This document shows, in pieces, positions 19,934-29,853 of a DNA stretch of 64,000 nt. The stretch is from positions 1-64,000 of the forward strand of contig JBGPFC010000021.1 in assembly GCA_041483195.1 (NCBI GenBank), in the 5' to 3' direction. Source of the stretch: Candidatus Eiseniibacteriota bacterium. GTDB taxonomy: Bacteria > Eisenbacteria > RBG-16-71-46. How positions within the stretch are numbered: the first letter of the stretch is position 1; each line of letters opens with the position of its first letter. The notes under the pieces are model-generated. The model searched no databases, was not told where the DNA came from, and saw only the letters and a list, made by a program, of their open reading frames with translations. Position numbers and translations under genes: made by a program.

Positions 19934-22087
19934 TTGAACGGCATTCGAATGGCGCGCACCGTCGGCCGGCGCGTCGCGACGTGCGCGGCCGGACTCTGCG
20001 TCGTGATGGCGATCGGGCCAGTTGCGCCGGCTCGCTCGTCGGAGACGCAGTGGTGGATCGTGAACAGCGCCGCCGGCCACGCGAAGAGCGAATCGCAGGG
20101 GATCATCGTCCGGCCCGAGGGCGCGCTGGAGCTGGGCCCGCGCAGCGAATCGGCGAACGACGACAGCATGGCGGTGATCTGGGCCGCGGTGGTGATGGCC
20201 GACGGATCGGTCGCGCTCGCCGGAGATGGGGGGCGGATCGACCGCTGGACCGAGGCGGGCGGGGTGCGCCCGTGGGTGAAGCTCCCGGCGGGCCAGGTGC
20301 TCGCGCTCGCGCGGGCAGGCGATGGCGTGGTGGCGGGCACCGGGCCCGAAGGGCTGATCTACCGCATCGGCGCGCGGGGCGATACCACGCGGATCGCGCG
20401 CACCGGGGAGCGCTACGTGTGGGGGCTCGCGCCGGCCCCGCATGGTGGGTGGTACGCCGCGACCGGAACCAAGGGCAAGCTGCTGCTGGTGACGGGAGGC
20501 GTCTCGCGAGTGCTGCTCGACTCGGACGAGAGCAACCTGGTGTCGCTGGTATCAGATGGCCGGGGTGGCGTGTATGCCGGGGGCGATTCGCGGGGGCGCG
20601 TATTTCACGCCGGCGCGGATGGATCGATCGGCACCGTCTTCGACGCCAGCGAGGACGAGATCCGCGCGCTCGCGATCGGCGAGGGCGGCGCGCTGTACGC
20701 GGCGGCCCTGAGCGCATCCGCCGTGTCGGACGAGGAGACATCGCCAGGGGTGGAGCGGCCGGCGCCGGTGAAGAGCGTCGTGAGCGGAGGACGGGCCGTC
20801 GTCTACCGCATCGTTCCCGACAGCGTGACCGTCAGCTACTGGACCTCGCCCCAGCCGTTCGTGTTCGCGCTGGCCTCGACCCCGGATGGCGTGATCGCCG
20901 CGACCGGGAATCGTGCCGGCCTCTACCGGATCGAGCAGTTCGGACGCGCATCGAGGCTGCTGGCGGCCCCGCAGGGACAGATCACGGCGCTCGCGGTGGG
21001 GCCCGAGGGACGCGTGTTCGCGGCGTGCTCGAATCCCGCCGCGGTCTGGCGCGTCGGCCCGGGCCGCGCGCAGCGGGGCGATCTGAGCTCGGTGGCCCTC
21101 GACGCGCGGCGCATCGCCCGATTCGGTCGCATCCGATGGAGTGGGGATGGCGGCGGCGGTCGCGTCGAGCTCGCGACGCGCAGCGGGAACAGCGATCCTC
21201 CCGACACCACCTGGAGCGCGTGGACCGGAGGGGCCACCGGCGAAGACGGCCGGCGCGTGGGCTCGCCTCCCGCGCGATATCTGCAGTGGAAGCTCACGCT
21301 GATCGGCGGTCAGCCTCACATCGAATCGGTGGAAGCGGCATGGCGCGAGGAGAACGTGCCTCCCCGCATCGACGAGATCACGGTGGCGCCGCAGGGGCAG
21401 GGATTCCGCGAGGGCGAGCTCACCCCGCGCAGCGAGTCCGTGACGCAGTCGCTCTCCGGCGGGCAGAAGGTCGAGTACTCGCTGCCGTCTCCGGCGACGC
21501 CCCGCCAGCTACGGGACCTGCCGATGTGGGCGCGCGGGCTGCGCACGGTGCAGTGGCGCGCCAGCGATCCCAACGGGGATCCGCTGCGGTACCGTCTCGA
21601 CGTGCGGCGAGCGGACGACGGACCGTGGATCAAGGTCGGCGAGGACCTCGACGCGACGTCGTTCACATGGGACACCAACGCGCTGCCCGACGGTCGCTAC
21701 CGCCTGCGAGTCACCGCGAGCGACGCGCCGGGTAACGCGGTGGGCGAGGAGCGGACCGACGAAGCGCTGAGCGATCCATTCACCGTCGACAACACCCCGC
21801 CGTCGATCGCGGCGCTCGACGCGCGCGCGGAGACGGGGGCGATCGCGGTGGAGGGGCGGGCGGAAGACGGGTTGTCGCCGCTGTCGCGGATCGAGGTGTC
21901 GCTCGATGACGACGACTGGCGCACGGTTTCCCCGGATGGCGGTCTCGCGGACGAGCGCGTGCTCGGATTCCACGCGCGATTGCCGAAGGTGAGCCCAGGC
22001 GAGCACACGGTGAGCGTGCGCGCGATCGATCTGGCCGGCAATGCCGCGACGCGATCGAGCCGGGTCACCGTCCCGCCCGCGCGCTGA
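19934..22087 (+). CDS. Secreted beta-propeller + Ig/FN3-like domain protein
   Basis: Signal peptide, repeated YAATG..GKL/G.VY blades, TRSGNS.PD..WS, W.A.DPNGD.L.Y, PDGRY..V.ASD, VDNTPP; GAGGAGG SD before TTG. Confidence 0.75.
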   Translation: MNGIRMARTVGRRVATCAAGLCVVMAIGPVAPARSSETQWWIVNSAAGHAKSESQGIIVRPEGALELGPRSESANDDSMAVIWAAVVMADGSVALAGDGGRIDRWTEAGGVRPWVKLPAGQVLALARAGDGVVAGTGPEGLIYRIGARGDTTRIARTGERYVWGLAPAPHGGWYAATGTKGKLLLVTGGVSRVLLDSDESNLVSLVSDGRGGVYAGGDSRGRVFHAGADGSIGTVFDASEDEIRALAIGEGGALYAAALSASAVSDEETSPGVERPAPVKSVVSGGRAVVYRIVPDSVTVSYWTSPQPFVFALASTPDGVIAATGNRAGLYRIEQFGRASRLLAAPQGQITALAVGPEGRVFAACSNPAAVWRVGPGRAQRGDLSSVALDARRIARFGRIRWSGDGGGGRVELATRSGNSDPPDTTWSAWTGGATGEDGRRVGSPPARYLQWKLTLIGGQPHIESVEAAWREENVPPRIDEITVAPQGQGFREGELTPRSESVTQSLSGGQKVEYSLPSPATPRQLRDLPMWARGLRTVQWRASDPNGDPLRYRLDVRRADDGPWIKVGEDLDATSFTWDTNALPDGRYRLRVTASDAPGNAVGEERTDEALSDPFTVDNTPPSIAALDARAETGAIAVEGRAEDGLSPLSRIEVSLDDDDWRTVSPDGGLADERVLGFHARLPKVSPGEHTVSVRAIDLAGNAATRSSRVTVPPAR

Positions 22088-22148
22088 TTCCCGCCGCGTG
22101 ACGCGCGCCGATCCATCGCGGCCCCCGACGCCGGGCGGCTTGAGCCCG

Positions 22149-23420
22149 ATGGACCGCCGAGCGACGCTCGAATTCGCGGGGCTCGGGCTCGCGCTCGTTC
22201 TGACCGCGGTGCTCCTCTGCCGGTTGCCGGACTGGCTCCACCGTCTGGGCGCGTTCCAGGCGCTGTTCGCGGCGAGCTTCGCGTGCTACGCGGTGGCGCT
22301 GCTGCGGCTGCGGCGCTACGAGCACATCCGATACGCCGCGCGGATCGTGGCCGTGGTGGCGATCGCCGCGCGGCTGGTGCTGCTGCCGGCGATCCCTTCG
22401 CTGTCGGGCGACATCTTCCGCTACGTGTGGGAGGGGCGCGTCATCGTGCACGGGGGCAACCCGTACCGCCAGAGCCCGGCGGACCCCGCGCTCGCCTCGC
22501 TGCGCGAGAACACGATCTACCCGAACGTGAATCACCCCGGCCTCGCGACCATCTATCCGCCGCTGGCCGAAGCGGGCTTCGCGCTGGTGGCGCGGGTGGC
22601 GCCCACGGTGCGCGCGATGAAACTGTGGGTGTTGCTGCACGACGTGGCGCTGGTGCTGGTGCTCCTGCGGTGGGCGCGGCGGCGCGGCGAAAGTCCCGCG
22701 CGCGTGATCGCGTACGCGTGGAACCCGCTGGTGCTGGTCGAATACGCGGGCGCCGGGCACAACGATCCCACGGCGCTGCTCTGGCTCGCGACCGCGCTGA
22801 TGCTCGCGCGCGAGCGGCCCCGCTGGTCCGCGCTCGCGCTCGCGGCGGGAGTCCTCACCAAGCTCGCGCCGCTGGCGGCGCTCCCGTTCCTGTGGCGGCA
22901 ATGGCCGTGGCGCGCCCGTCTGATCGCGACCGCCGTGCTGGGCGCGGGCCTCGCCTGGTTCTGGGCCGAGACCCGGGTTCCGGGCTCCGGGCTCACGGCC
23001 TACTGGTCCACCTGGCGTAACAACGAGCTCGCCTTCGATCTGCTCGAGCGCATTTCCGGGAGCTTCACGGGAGGGCGCATCCTCTCGGTCGCGGGGATCG
23101 CGCTGGTCGCCGGCGCCGCGTGGTGGCGCCACTGGCACGAGGGGCGCGCGACCCGGACGGTGTTGAGGGCGGCCACCCTGTTGTCGCCGGTGATGCATCC
23201 CTGGTACCTGGGCTGGACGCTGATGCTGGAGCCGCTCGGTCCCTCCGCGGCCTGGGTCCTGCTTTCGTTCACCGCGGTCCTCAACTACGGTGTCCTGGCG
23301 ACGCCCGCCGCGGGCGGCGATTTTCACGCGGGGCTCGCGGTGCGCGCGGCCGAGTACGGCGTCCCGCTGCTGTGTGCGATGTGGCTCGCGGTTCGGGCAC
23401 GGACCGCAAGGCACTCCTGA
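22149..23420 (+). CDS. GT-C fold membrane glycosyltransferase (GT87/DUF2029-like)
   Basis: LSGDIFRYVWEG, GGNPY, TIYPPLA, YAWNPL, GHND, HPWY; multiple TM helices. Confidence 0.8.
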   Translation: MDRRATLEFAGLGLALVLTAVLLCRLPDWLHRLGAFQALFAASFACYAVALLRLRRYEHIRYAARIVAVVAIAARLVLLPAIPSLSGDIFRYVWEGRVIVHGGNPYRQSPADPALASLRENTIYPNVNHPGLATIYPPLAEAGFALVARVAPTVRAMKLWVLLHDVALVLVLLRWARRRGESPARVIAYAWNPLVLVEYAGAGHNDPTALLWLATALMLARERPRWSALALAAGVLTKLAPLAALPFLWRQWPWRARLIATAVLGAGLAWFWAETRVPGSGLTAYWSTWRNNELAFDLLERISGSFTGGRILSVAGIALVAGAAWWRHWHEGRATRTVLRAATLLSPVMHPWYLGWTLMLEPLGPSAAWVLLSFTAVLNYGVLATPAAGGDFHAGLAVRAAEYGVPLLCAMWLAVRARTARHS

Positions 23421-23434
23421 ACCGGAGGATTCGA

Positions 23435-25381
23435 GTGTTCCATTCCCTGCTCCAGGTGGTGCGCGAAGAGGTCTCGGGGGAGCGCGCGCTCGAGTCGGTG
23501 CGCTCGATCGCGCGCTTCCACCGGGTACAGTCGAGTCCCGGCTACGATGCGGCCGCGTCCTGGCTGGCCGAGCGCATCGAGGCGGCCGGGCTCGAGGTCG
23601 AGATCGAACACGTCCCGGGCGACGGACGCTCGCGGTTTCTCGGCGCGCTGATGCCGCGCGGCTGGGCGTGCGAGCGGGCCAACGCGACGCTCCTCGACCG
23701 CGGCAGGCGCGAGCCCCTGTGCGATTACGAGGCATCGAAGCTCTCGCTCGTGCTCCGCAGCGATCCGGGACGCGGGCGCTTCCGCGTCGTCGCCGTCGAG
23801 GACGGAACCGAGGACGATCACTACCGCGGGCTGGACGTGCGAGGCGCGGCGGTCCTCACGCGCGGAGCGGCGCATCGGGTGCACCGGCTGGCGGTGGTCG
23901 CTCGCGGGGCGGCGGGGATCCTCTGCGACGGGCGCCGGCTCGTGGCGCCGGTGCGAGACGCGTTCGACGACCCCGACGCCCTCGCCTACACCTCGTTCTG
24001 GTGGAACGAGGACGAACCGCGGGGCTGGGGATTCGTGGTGAGCCCGCGCACCGGCGCGCGGCTGCGCGAGCGCCTGGCCGCCGGGCATCCGCTCGAGCTC
24101 GAGGTCGAGATCGATGCGCGAGCTTACGACACGCGCGTGCCGCTGGTTTCGGCGGTTCTGCCGGCGGCGAACCGGAGCCCCGATTCGAGGGAAGTGCTGG
24201 TGATGGCGCACCTGTGCCATCCGCAGCCCAGCGCCAACGACAACGCATCGGGGGCCGCCGCCGCGCTCGAGGCGGCGCGCGCCCTCGCCGCGCTCCGCGC
24301 CCGCGGAGCGTGGGGGCCGGGTGCGCGCGGAGTGCGCGTGCTGTGGGTGCCCGAGCTCACCGGCACGTACGCGTGGCTCGGCTCGGTCCCGGGCCGCGCC
24401 GCGCAGATCGATGCGGCCGTGAATCTCGACATGGTGGGCGAGGACCAGGAACGCTGCGGGAGCACGCTGCTGCTGGAGCATCCGCCCTGCTTCGCCGGCT
24501 CGTTCGCCGAAGAGCTGCTGCGGCGTATCCGCGAGCAGGCGGTGGAGTGGGTGTCCTCGTTCTCGGGCCCCGGGCACTACTCGCTCACGCGCATGGCCGA
24601 GGTGCCGTACTCGGGCGGAAGCGATCATGCGGTGTTCATCGATCCCGCGATCGGCGTGCCCTGCCCGATGCTCATTCAGTGGCCGGACCGCTACTACCAT
24701 TCCTCGCACGACACGCCCGACAAGTGCGATCCGCGATCCCTCGCGCTCGCGGCCCGCTGCGCCGCGACCTACGCGGGATTCCTGTCATCGGCCGGGGCGC
24801 GCGAGGTCGCGTGGGTGGGCGAGGCGGTCGAACGCGGCGCACGCCGCCGCCTGCTCGATGCGCTCGACGCCGCGGATTCCGCCCGGGCCTTCGCGCGCGA
24901 GCGGCGGCGCGGTCTGCGCGCCATCGCGAGCCTCGCGAGGATCGGCGCGCCGGAGACGGCGTTGCGTGGCGCCGCGGCTTCGCTCGAGGCGTTCGCCGCG
25001 CGCGAGGGCGCGTGCGTGCCGGAGTGCGCGCTTCCGCCCCGCGAGCCGCTGGGGCCCCGTTCGCGTCCGCGGCGGGCGATCGGAGCACCGCTCGAATATC
25101 AGCGCCACCTGCTGGCGGGATGGAGCCGGCTCGGCGATGAGGCGCGTGACGCGTGGCGGAGCGACGAGGCGCACATCCCGGGGGGCACGACCACGCTCGA
25201 GCTCGCGTGGTACGCGTGCGATGGAATCCGCACGCTCGACGAGATCGCGCATCTGGTGTGGCTCGAGAGCGGCGTCGAGGTTCCGACCGTGGGTCAGGAG
25301 GGTGGCGCGCCGGGCCTGCGCGAATTCTTCGATCGCGCGGCGTCGCTCGAGCTCTGCGCATGGGAGCGGGGGCCGGCATGA
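23435..25381 (+). CDS. DUF4910 / M28 family aminopeptidase-like protein with PA domain
   Basis: AHLCHP..ANDNASG, WVPE, NLDMVG, GGSDH, YYHSSHDT; GGAGG SD before the GTG at 23435. Confidence 0.85.
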   Translation: MFHSLLQVVREEVSGERALESVRSIARFHRVQSSPGYDAAASWLAERIEAAGLEVEIEHVPGDGRSRFLGALMPRGWACERANATLLDRGRREPLCDYEASKLSLVLRSDPGRGRFRVVAVEDGTEDDHYRGLDVRGAAVLTRGAAHRVHRLAVVARGAAGILCDGRRLVAPVRDAFDDPDALAYTSFWWNEDEPRGWGFVVSPRTGARLRERLAAGHPLELEVEIDARAYDTRVPLVSAVLPAANRSPDSREVLVMAHLCHPQPSANDNASGAAAALEAARALAALRARGAWGPGARGVRVLWVPELTGTYAWLGSVPGRAAQIDAAVNLDMVGEDQERCGSTLLLEHPPCFAGSFAEELLRRIREQAVEWVSSFSGPGHYSLTRMAEVPYSGGSDHAVFIDPAIGVPCPMLIQWPDRYYHSSHDTPDKCDPRSLALAARCAATYAGFLSSAGAREVAWVGEAVERGARRRLLDALDAADSARAFARERRRGLRAIASLARIGAPETALRGAAASLEAFAAREGACVPECALPPREPLGPRSRPRRAIGAPLEYQRHLLAGWSRLGDEARDAWRSDEAHIPGGTTTLELAWYACDGIRTLDEIAHLVWLESGVEVPTVGQEGGAPGLREFFDRAASLELCAWERGPA

Positions 25382-25806
25382 ACTTCCAGCGCCTGCGCTA
25401 TGGCTATGCGATCCGCATCGATGCCGGCGAGGAAATCGTGGCGACATTGCGCGCTTTCGCGAAATCGGAGGGCGTTCGCGCCGGACTCATTTCCGGACTC
25501 GGAGCGGTGGGAGAGACCGAGCTCGGGTTCTTCGTGCGCGAAACCGGGCAGTACCTCACGCGCACCTTCGGGGGCGAGCACGAGATCGGCGTCCTGACTG
25601 GGAACTTCAGCGAGCTGGAGGGCGAGGCGTTTCCGCACTGCCACATCGTGATCGCGGGCGAGGACTTCATCGCCCACACCGGACACCTGTTCCGCGGGGT
25701 CGTCACCGTGACCTGCGAGATCCAGGTGGTCACCGATCCCGGAGTGATGCTGCGGGCGAAGCGGCCGGAGCTGGGATTCAATCCGCTCGACTTGCGCGGA
25801 GGGTGA
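25378..25806 (+). CDS. DUF296 (PPC domain) protein
   Basis: IRIDAGEEI, SGLGAV, EI..LTGN, PHCH, GHL..G.V..TCEI. Confidence 0.88.
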   Translation: MNFQRLRYGYAIRIDAGEEIVATLRAFAKSEGVRAGLISGLGAVGETELGFFVRETGQYLTRTFGGEHEIGVLTGNFSELEGEAFPHCHIVIAGEDFIAHTGHLFRGVVTVTCEIQVVTDPGVMLRAKRPELGFNPLDLRGG

Positions 25807-25886
25807 TGCGGGCGTGAAGGAGCGGGGGCCGGAGCGCCGTGCTATACTCGCGACCCGTTTTGCGCTTCGCACCCTTCAATCCCGCT

Positions 25887-26639
25887 TCAGGCCGCGATGG
25901 AGACCAACGCCCAGTGACGGCCCGAATGACTTCCGTCGCGACGGTAAGAGAAATACCAGGCGCTCTCGCAGGCCGTGCATGCGCCGGTGTCGAAGATCGA
26001 TCGATCCGGCACGCCGGCATCGAGCAGTTGGGCGCGCGCAGCTGCCGCGAGGTCGAGGCGCCAGCGTTCTCCACTCGCGCGGAAGAAAGCCGGGTCGAAT
26101 CGCGAGGCGACCTCGAGCCCGACCTCGTAGCAACAGGGCCGAATGCAGGGCCCGAGGTGGACGCTGACGCTCGCGGGGTCGGCGGACCCCGCGGCGCAGA
26201 TCGCGCCGAGGGCGGCGCGCGGCATGCCGGCCGCGGTGCCTCGCCACCCGGAATGCGCGACCGCGACCGCGCCAGGGGCCACGTAGATGAGCGGCAGGCA
26301 GTCGGCGGTGGTGACCGCGAGGGTAAGGCCGCGCTCGCGGGTGACGAGCGCGTCGCACGCCGGCGCGTGCACCGGCTCGCGGACCTCGATCGTCGTGGCG
26401 CCGTGCACCTGGCCGGCGGTCGCGACGCGGCGCGGATCCAGCTCGAGTGCCGCGAGCACCCGGCGGCGATTCGCATCGACGGATTCCGCGCGGTCGGCGG
26501 TCGACCGCCCGACGTTCAGCGAATGATAGGGTGGGGCACTCGTCCCGCCCCGTCGGGTGGTGAAGGCCATTCGGGTGCCGGGCGCGTCATGCTGCGGCCG
26601 CCACAGCGGCACCTCCGCCCGCGCATCGAGAGTCCACAT
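25887..26639 (-). CDS. pgeF: YfiH/PgeF family purine nucleoside phosphorylase (laccase-domain protein)
   Basis: FTTRRGG, SLNVG, QVHG, TADCLP, HSGWRG, GPCI..CCYEV, CTAC..FSYRR. Confidence 0.92.
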   Translation of the reverse strand: MWTLDARAEVPLWRPQHDAPGTRMAFTTRRGGTSAPPYHSLNVGRSTADRAESVDANRRRVLAALELDPRRVATAGQVHGATTIEVREPVHAPACDALVTRERGLTLAVTTADCLPLIYVAPGAVAVAHSGWRGTAAGMPRAALGAICAAGSADPASVSVHLGPCIRPCCYEVGLEVASRFDPAFFRASGERWRLDLAAAARAQLLDAGVPDRSIFDTGACTACESAWYFSYRRDGSHSGRHWALVSIAA

Positions 26640-26710
26640 GAACCATTTACGCTAGAGAATCGCGCGCGCGCGCGTCAAGCTCGCGCGCCCCGGAAGGAGC
26701 GCAGCGCACG

Positions 26711-29689
26711 GTGAGATCGAAGATCCTGACGATGACGCTGATCGCGGCCACCACCGCCATCGCGGTGTCGGGCCTCGCACAACAGCCCACGCGCCCGGCG
26801 GCGCCGGGCGCGGGCCGGAGCGCGGCTCCCGGCCCCCCGATCGCCACCGTGGGACCGCTCTCGATCTCCCGCTCCGATGTGGAATCGCGGTACTCCACCG
26901 CGATGGATCAGTACCGGATGCGCACCGGGTCCGCCGTTCCCGCGGAGTTCGAGCCCATCGTGCATCGGCAGGTGCTCGAAGGCTTCATCCGGCGCGACCT
27001 GCTGGTGCTCGAGGCCCCGCGTCAGGGGATCACCATCACCGATGCGGAGGCGGAGGCGGAGCTCAAGCGGGATCCCTTCTTCCAGAGCGGCGGCTCCCTC
27101 AACGAGACCCGATTCCTGGCGGTCAAGAACGGCCAGCCCCAGGCGTTCGCTTCGGCGCTCGCCCTCATCCGGCAACAGCTCGCCGCGCGACGACTCAACG
27201 AAAGGCTCGAGCGCGATCTGAGCGAGCCGGAGCCCGTGCTGCGGGCGCGCGCCGAGCGCGCGCTCACCCGGGCGTCGGTCGAGTATCTGGGCTTGCGTCG
27301 CGGAGAATTCCTCACCGACGCGCCGGAGCCGCGCGAATCCGCGGTGCTCGGTTACTATCGGTCCCACGCCGACGAGTTCCGCCGCCCCGATCGCGCCACG
27401 CTCAGCGTGGCTTTCGTGAACCTCCCGGCGCTCGCGGACTCGCTGGTCGGTGACGCCGGCGCGGCGCGGGCCTGGAACGATCGCATGAAGCAGCGCGCCG
27501 ACAGCGCGCTCGCGCGGGTGCGCGCCGGAGCTTCGCTCGAGGAAGCGGCGGAGCCTTTCGGAGCCCCGCGACAGAACGTCGTCGTGACGCGGGACAACTT
27601 TCCCGGTTTCTGGCAGGGTGACGAGCGCCTCGGTGCGTCCATCTTCCTCAAGGCCCCTGGGACGGTGCTCGCCGAGCCGGTGGCGGGGAAGCCGGGCTGG
27701 CTGCTGGTGCGGGTGGATGAAGTGCGCCCCGCTCATGTCGCGCCGCTCGCCGAGGTGGCGCGCGAGATCCGTGGCCGCCTGCGGGCCGACGCGCGGCGGC
27801 GCTCCGACGATCTCGAGCTGCGTGCGCTGTACGACGGGCTGCGTGACAGCCTGCGGATCACGACCTACCGCGTGCGCTATGCCGTGGCGGACACCGCGGG
27901 CATGAACCCGGGCGTGCCGCGGCCGGCCGATCTCGATCGCTACTACCGCGCCCACCTCGCCGACTACTCGAGCTACGATCCGGCGACCGCATCGGTGCGG
28001 GTGCGCTCGCTCGCCGCGGTCGAGGATGATGTCCGGCTGCGGTGGCGGCACGATCGCCGGGTCGAACTCGCGCGGCTCGCGATCGCGAGAATCGAAGACC
28101 TCTGGCGCCATGGTCGCCGCGATCGCGGGGCCGAGGGCGCCGTCACCCTGTTCCGCGAAGTGGGACCGGTCGCGCTTGGCGCGCCGCCGGACACGGGCGT
28201 TGCCGGCGGCGCGCTCGGTGATTCCCTGACGGCCCGCGCGGGCGCGCCGGGGGTGGGGGTCGGGCCGACCCCGCGCGGACCGATGGTGTTCGACGTCTAT
28301 CAGGTCCTGCACGACCAGCTCCCGGAGTTCGAGCAGGCGCGACCGACGCTCACGGCGCGGCGGACTGAAGCGCGCGATCGGCGGGACGCGGTCAGCGCGC
28401 GCGCACTGTACGACCGCGATCCGCGTCAATTCCTGGGCGCTGATGTCGTGCACTTCACCCGCGTGCTGGTCCCGACTGTCAATCTCGTCGACGTCCCGCT
28501 CACCCGCGACGAGGTCGAGCGCTATCACCGCGAGCACATCGACAAGTACTCGGCGCCGGAGCTGATGCGCGCACGCCACATCCTGATCAGTCCCGCCGAT
28601 CCGGGCCCCTCCGCCGACAGCGCCGCGCGCGCGAAGGCCGCCGACATCCTGCGACGGGTCCGCGCCGGCGAAGACTTCGGCACGTTGGCCTCGCGCTATA
28701 GCGACGATCCGGCGACCAAGGACAAGGGCGGCGACCTCGGCACCTTCGGGCGCGGCGTGATGCTGGAGGAATTCGAGCGCGTGGCGTTCACGCTGCGCCC
28801 GGACGAAGTGAGCGACCTCGTCAAGACCGAGGTCGGATACCACATCATCAAGTGCATGAATCGCGAGAGCGCGGTCGCGCAGCCGCTGGTATGGATCTAC
28901 GCGAACGTGGGGGCGGACGCGGCGGTCGAGAAGTCCAAGCTGCTCGCGAAGCAGCGGGCCGACAGCCTGTACGTGGCGGCGAAGACGCCGGCGCGCATCT
29001 TCGCGGTGGCCCGCTCCATGGGCGATGAAGTCGCGAATCTCGAGTTCAGCGTTGGCGATCACCGCGCGATCGCGGAATTGTTGCCGGTGCTCGAGCGCCT
29101 CGAGAAGTTGAGACCGGGGCAGGCCTATCCGGGCAGTTACGAAGTTCCCGGACTCGGCTACGCGCTGAGCTGGGTGGACAGCATCACGCCGCCGCCGACG
29201 CCGACGTGGGTTCAGGCCCGGCAGCGTGCGATCGACGCGTGGCGAGGCGGCGCGGACCAGCGCGCACTCGACGCGAAGTGCGCGGAGATCGATTCGCTCC
29301 TGCGCGGCGGATGGAGTCTGGACAGCGCGGCCGCGTTGTGGGGGGGGCTGCAGACCGAGCAGGCGCTCACTCCCGGCAACGGTCTGCACGGGCTGGGCGC
29401 GTCGGGAATCATCGACTCGCTCGTGTTCGGGGCCGACTCGCCGCCGGTGCTGCGCCGGGGCGACGTGAGCGCGTGGCTGGCGGTCCCGATGGGGGCGGCG
29501 CGCCTGCGCCTGCGCGAGCGGGTCTCGCCGGATGCCACGCGTCTCGCCAGCCGGGTGGAAAATGACCGGCGGGAGCGGCTCGAACGGAAACTCTTCGCCT
29601 ACTTCGAGGGCCTCAAGTCGCGCAGCCCGGTCCGCATCCTGGATCCGGTCCTCCGCAACGTAGTGTTGCCGGAACCGCCGCCCGAATAG
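26711..29689 (+). CDS. Large exported SurA/PpiD-like peptidyl-prolyl isomerase chaperone
   Basis: Signal peptide, SurA-N-like region, intact parvulin domain RARHILI..YSDD..GGDLG..F..GYHII. Confidence 0.82.
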   Translation: MRSKILTMTLIAATTAIAVSGLAQQPTRPAAPGAGRSAAPGPPIATVGPLSISRSDVESRYSTAMDQYRMRTGSAVPAEFEPIVHRQVLEGFIRRDLLVLEAPRQGITITDAEAEAELKRDPFFQSGGSLNETRFLAVKNGQPQAFASALALIRQQLAARRLNERLERDLSEPEPVLRARAERALTRASVEYLGLRRGEFLTDAPEPRESAVLGYYRSHADEFRRPDRATLSVAFVNLPALADSLVGDAGAARAWNDRMKQRADSALARVRAGASLEEAAEPFGAPRQNVVVTRDNFPGFWQGDERLGASIFLKAPGTVLAEPVAGKPGWLLVRVDEVRPAHVAPLAEVAREIRGRLRADARRRSDDLELRALYDGLRDSLRITTYRVRYAVADTAGMNPGVPRPADLDRYYRAHLADYSSYDPATASVRVRSLAAVEDDVRLRWRHDRRVELARLAIARIEDLWRHGRRDRGAEGAVTLFREVGPVALGAPPDTGVAGGALGDSLTARAGAPGVGVGPTPRGPMVFDVYQVLHDQLPEFEQARPTLTARRTEARDRRDAVSARALYDRDPRQFLGADVVHFTRVLVPTVNLVDVPLTRDEVERYHREHIDKYSAPELMRARHILISPADPGPSADSAARAKAADILRRVRAGEDFGTLASRYSDDPATKDKGGDLGTFGRGVMLEEFERVAFTLRPDEVSDLVKTEVGYHIIKCMNRESAVAQPLVWIYANVGADAAVEKSKLLAKQRADSLYVAAKTPARIFAVARSMGDEVANLEFSVGDHRAIAELLPVLERLEKLRPGQAYPGSYEVPGLGYALSWVDSITPPPTPTWVQARQRAIDAWRGGADQRALDAKCAEIDSLLRGGWSLDSAAALWGGLQTEQALTPGNGLHGLGASGIIDSLVFGADSPPVLRRGDVSAWLAVPMGAARLRLRERVSPDATRLASRVENDRRERLERKLFAYFEGLKSRSPVRILDPVLRNVVLPEPPPE

Positions 29690-29812
29690 GCGCGCCCGGG
29701 GCCGATTCGTTCTGCCTGCCTGCCCCGGATGAAGCGTGCAAATCGCCCGGGGCGTCGGCGGGGGTGCGTAAAGCGACCCCGATTCCGGCGTCGATGTTGG
29801 AGAATCAGCGGG

Positions 29813-29828
29813 TGGTATGCTCCGTGCA
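29813..29828 (+). promoter_or_regulatory. Putative sigma54 (-24/-12) promoter
   Basis: TGGTATGCTCCGTGCA, GG-N10-GC spacing, 25 nt upstream of ATG 29854. Confidence 0.45.
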
Positions 29829-29853
29829 CTCGGTGAGCTGCAACGGAACCATC

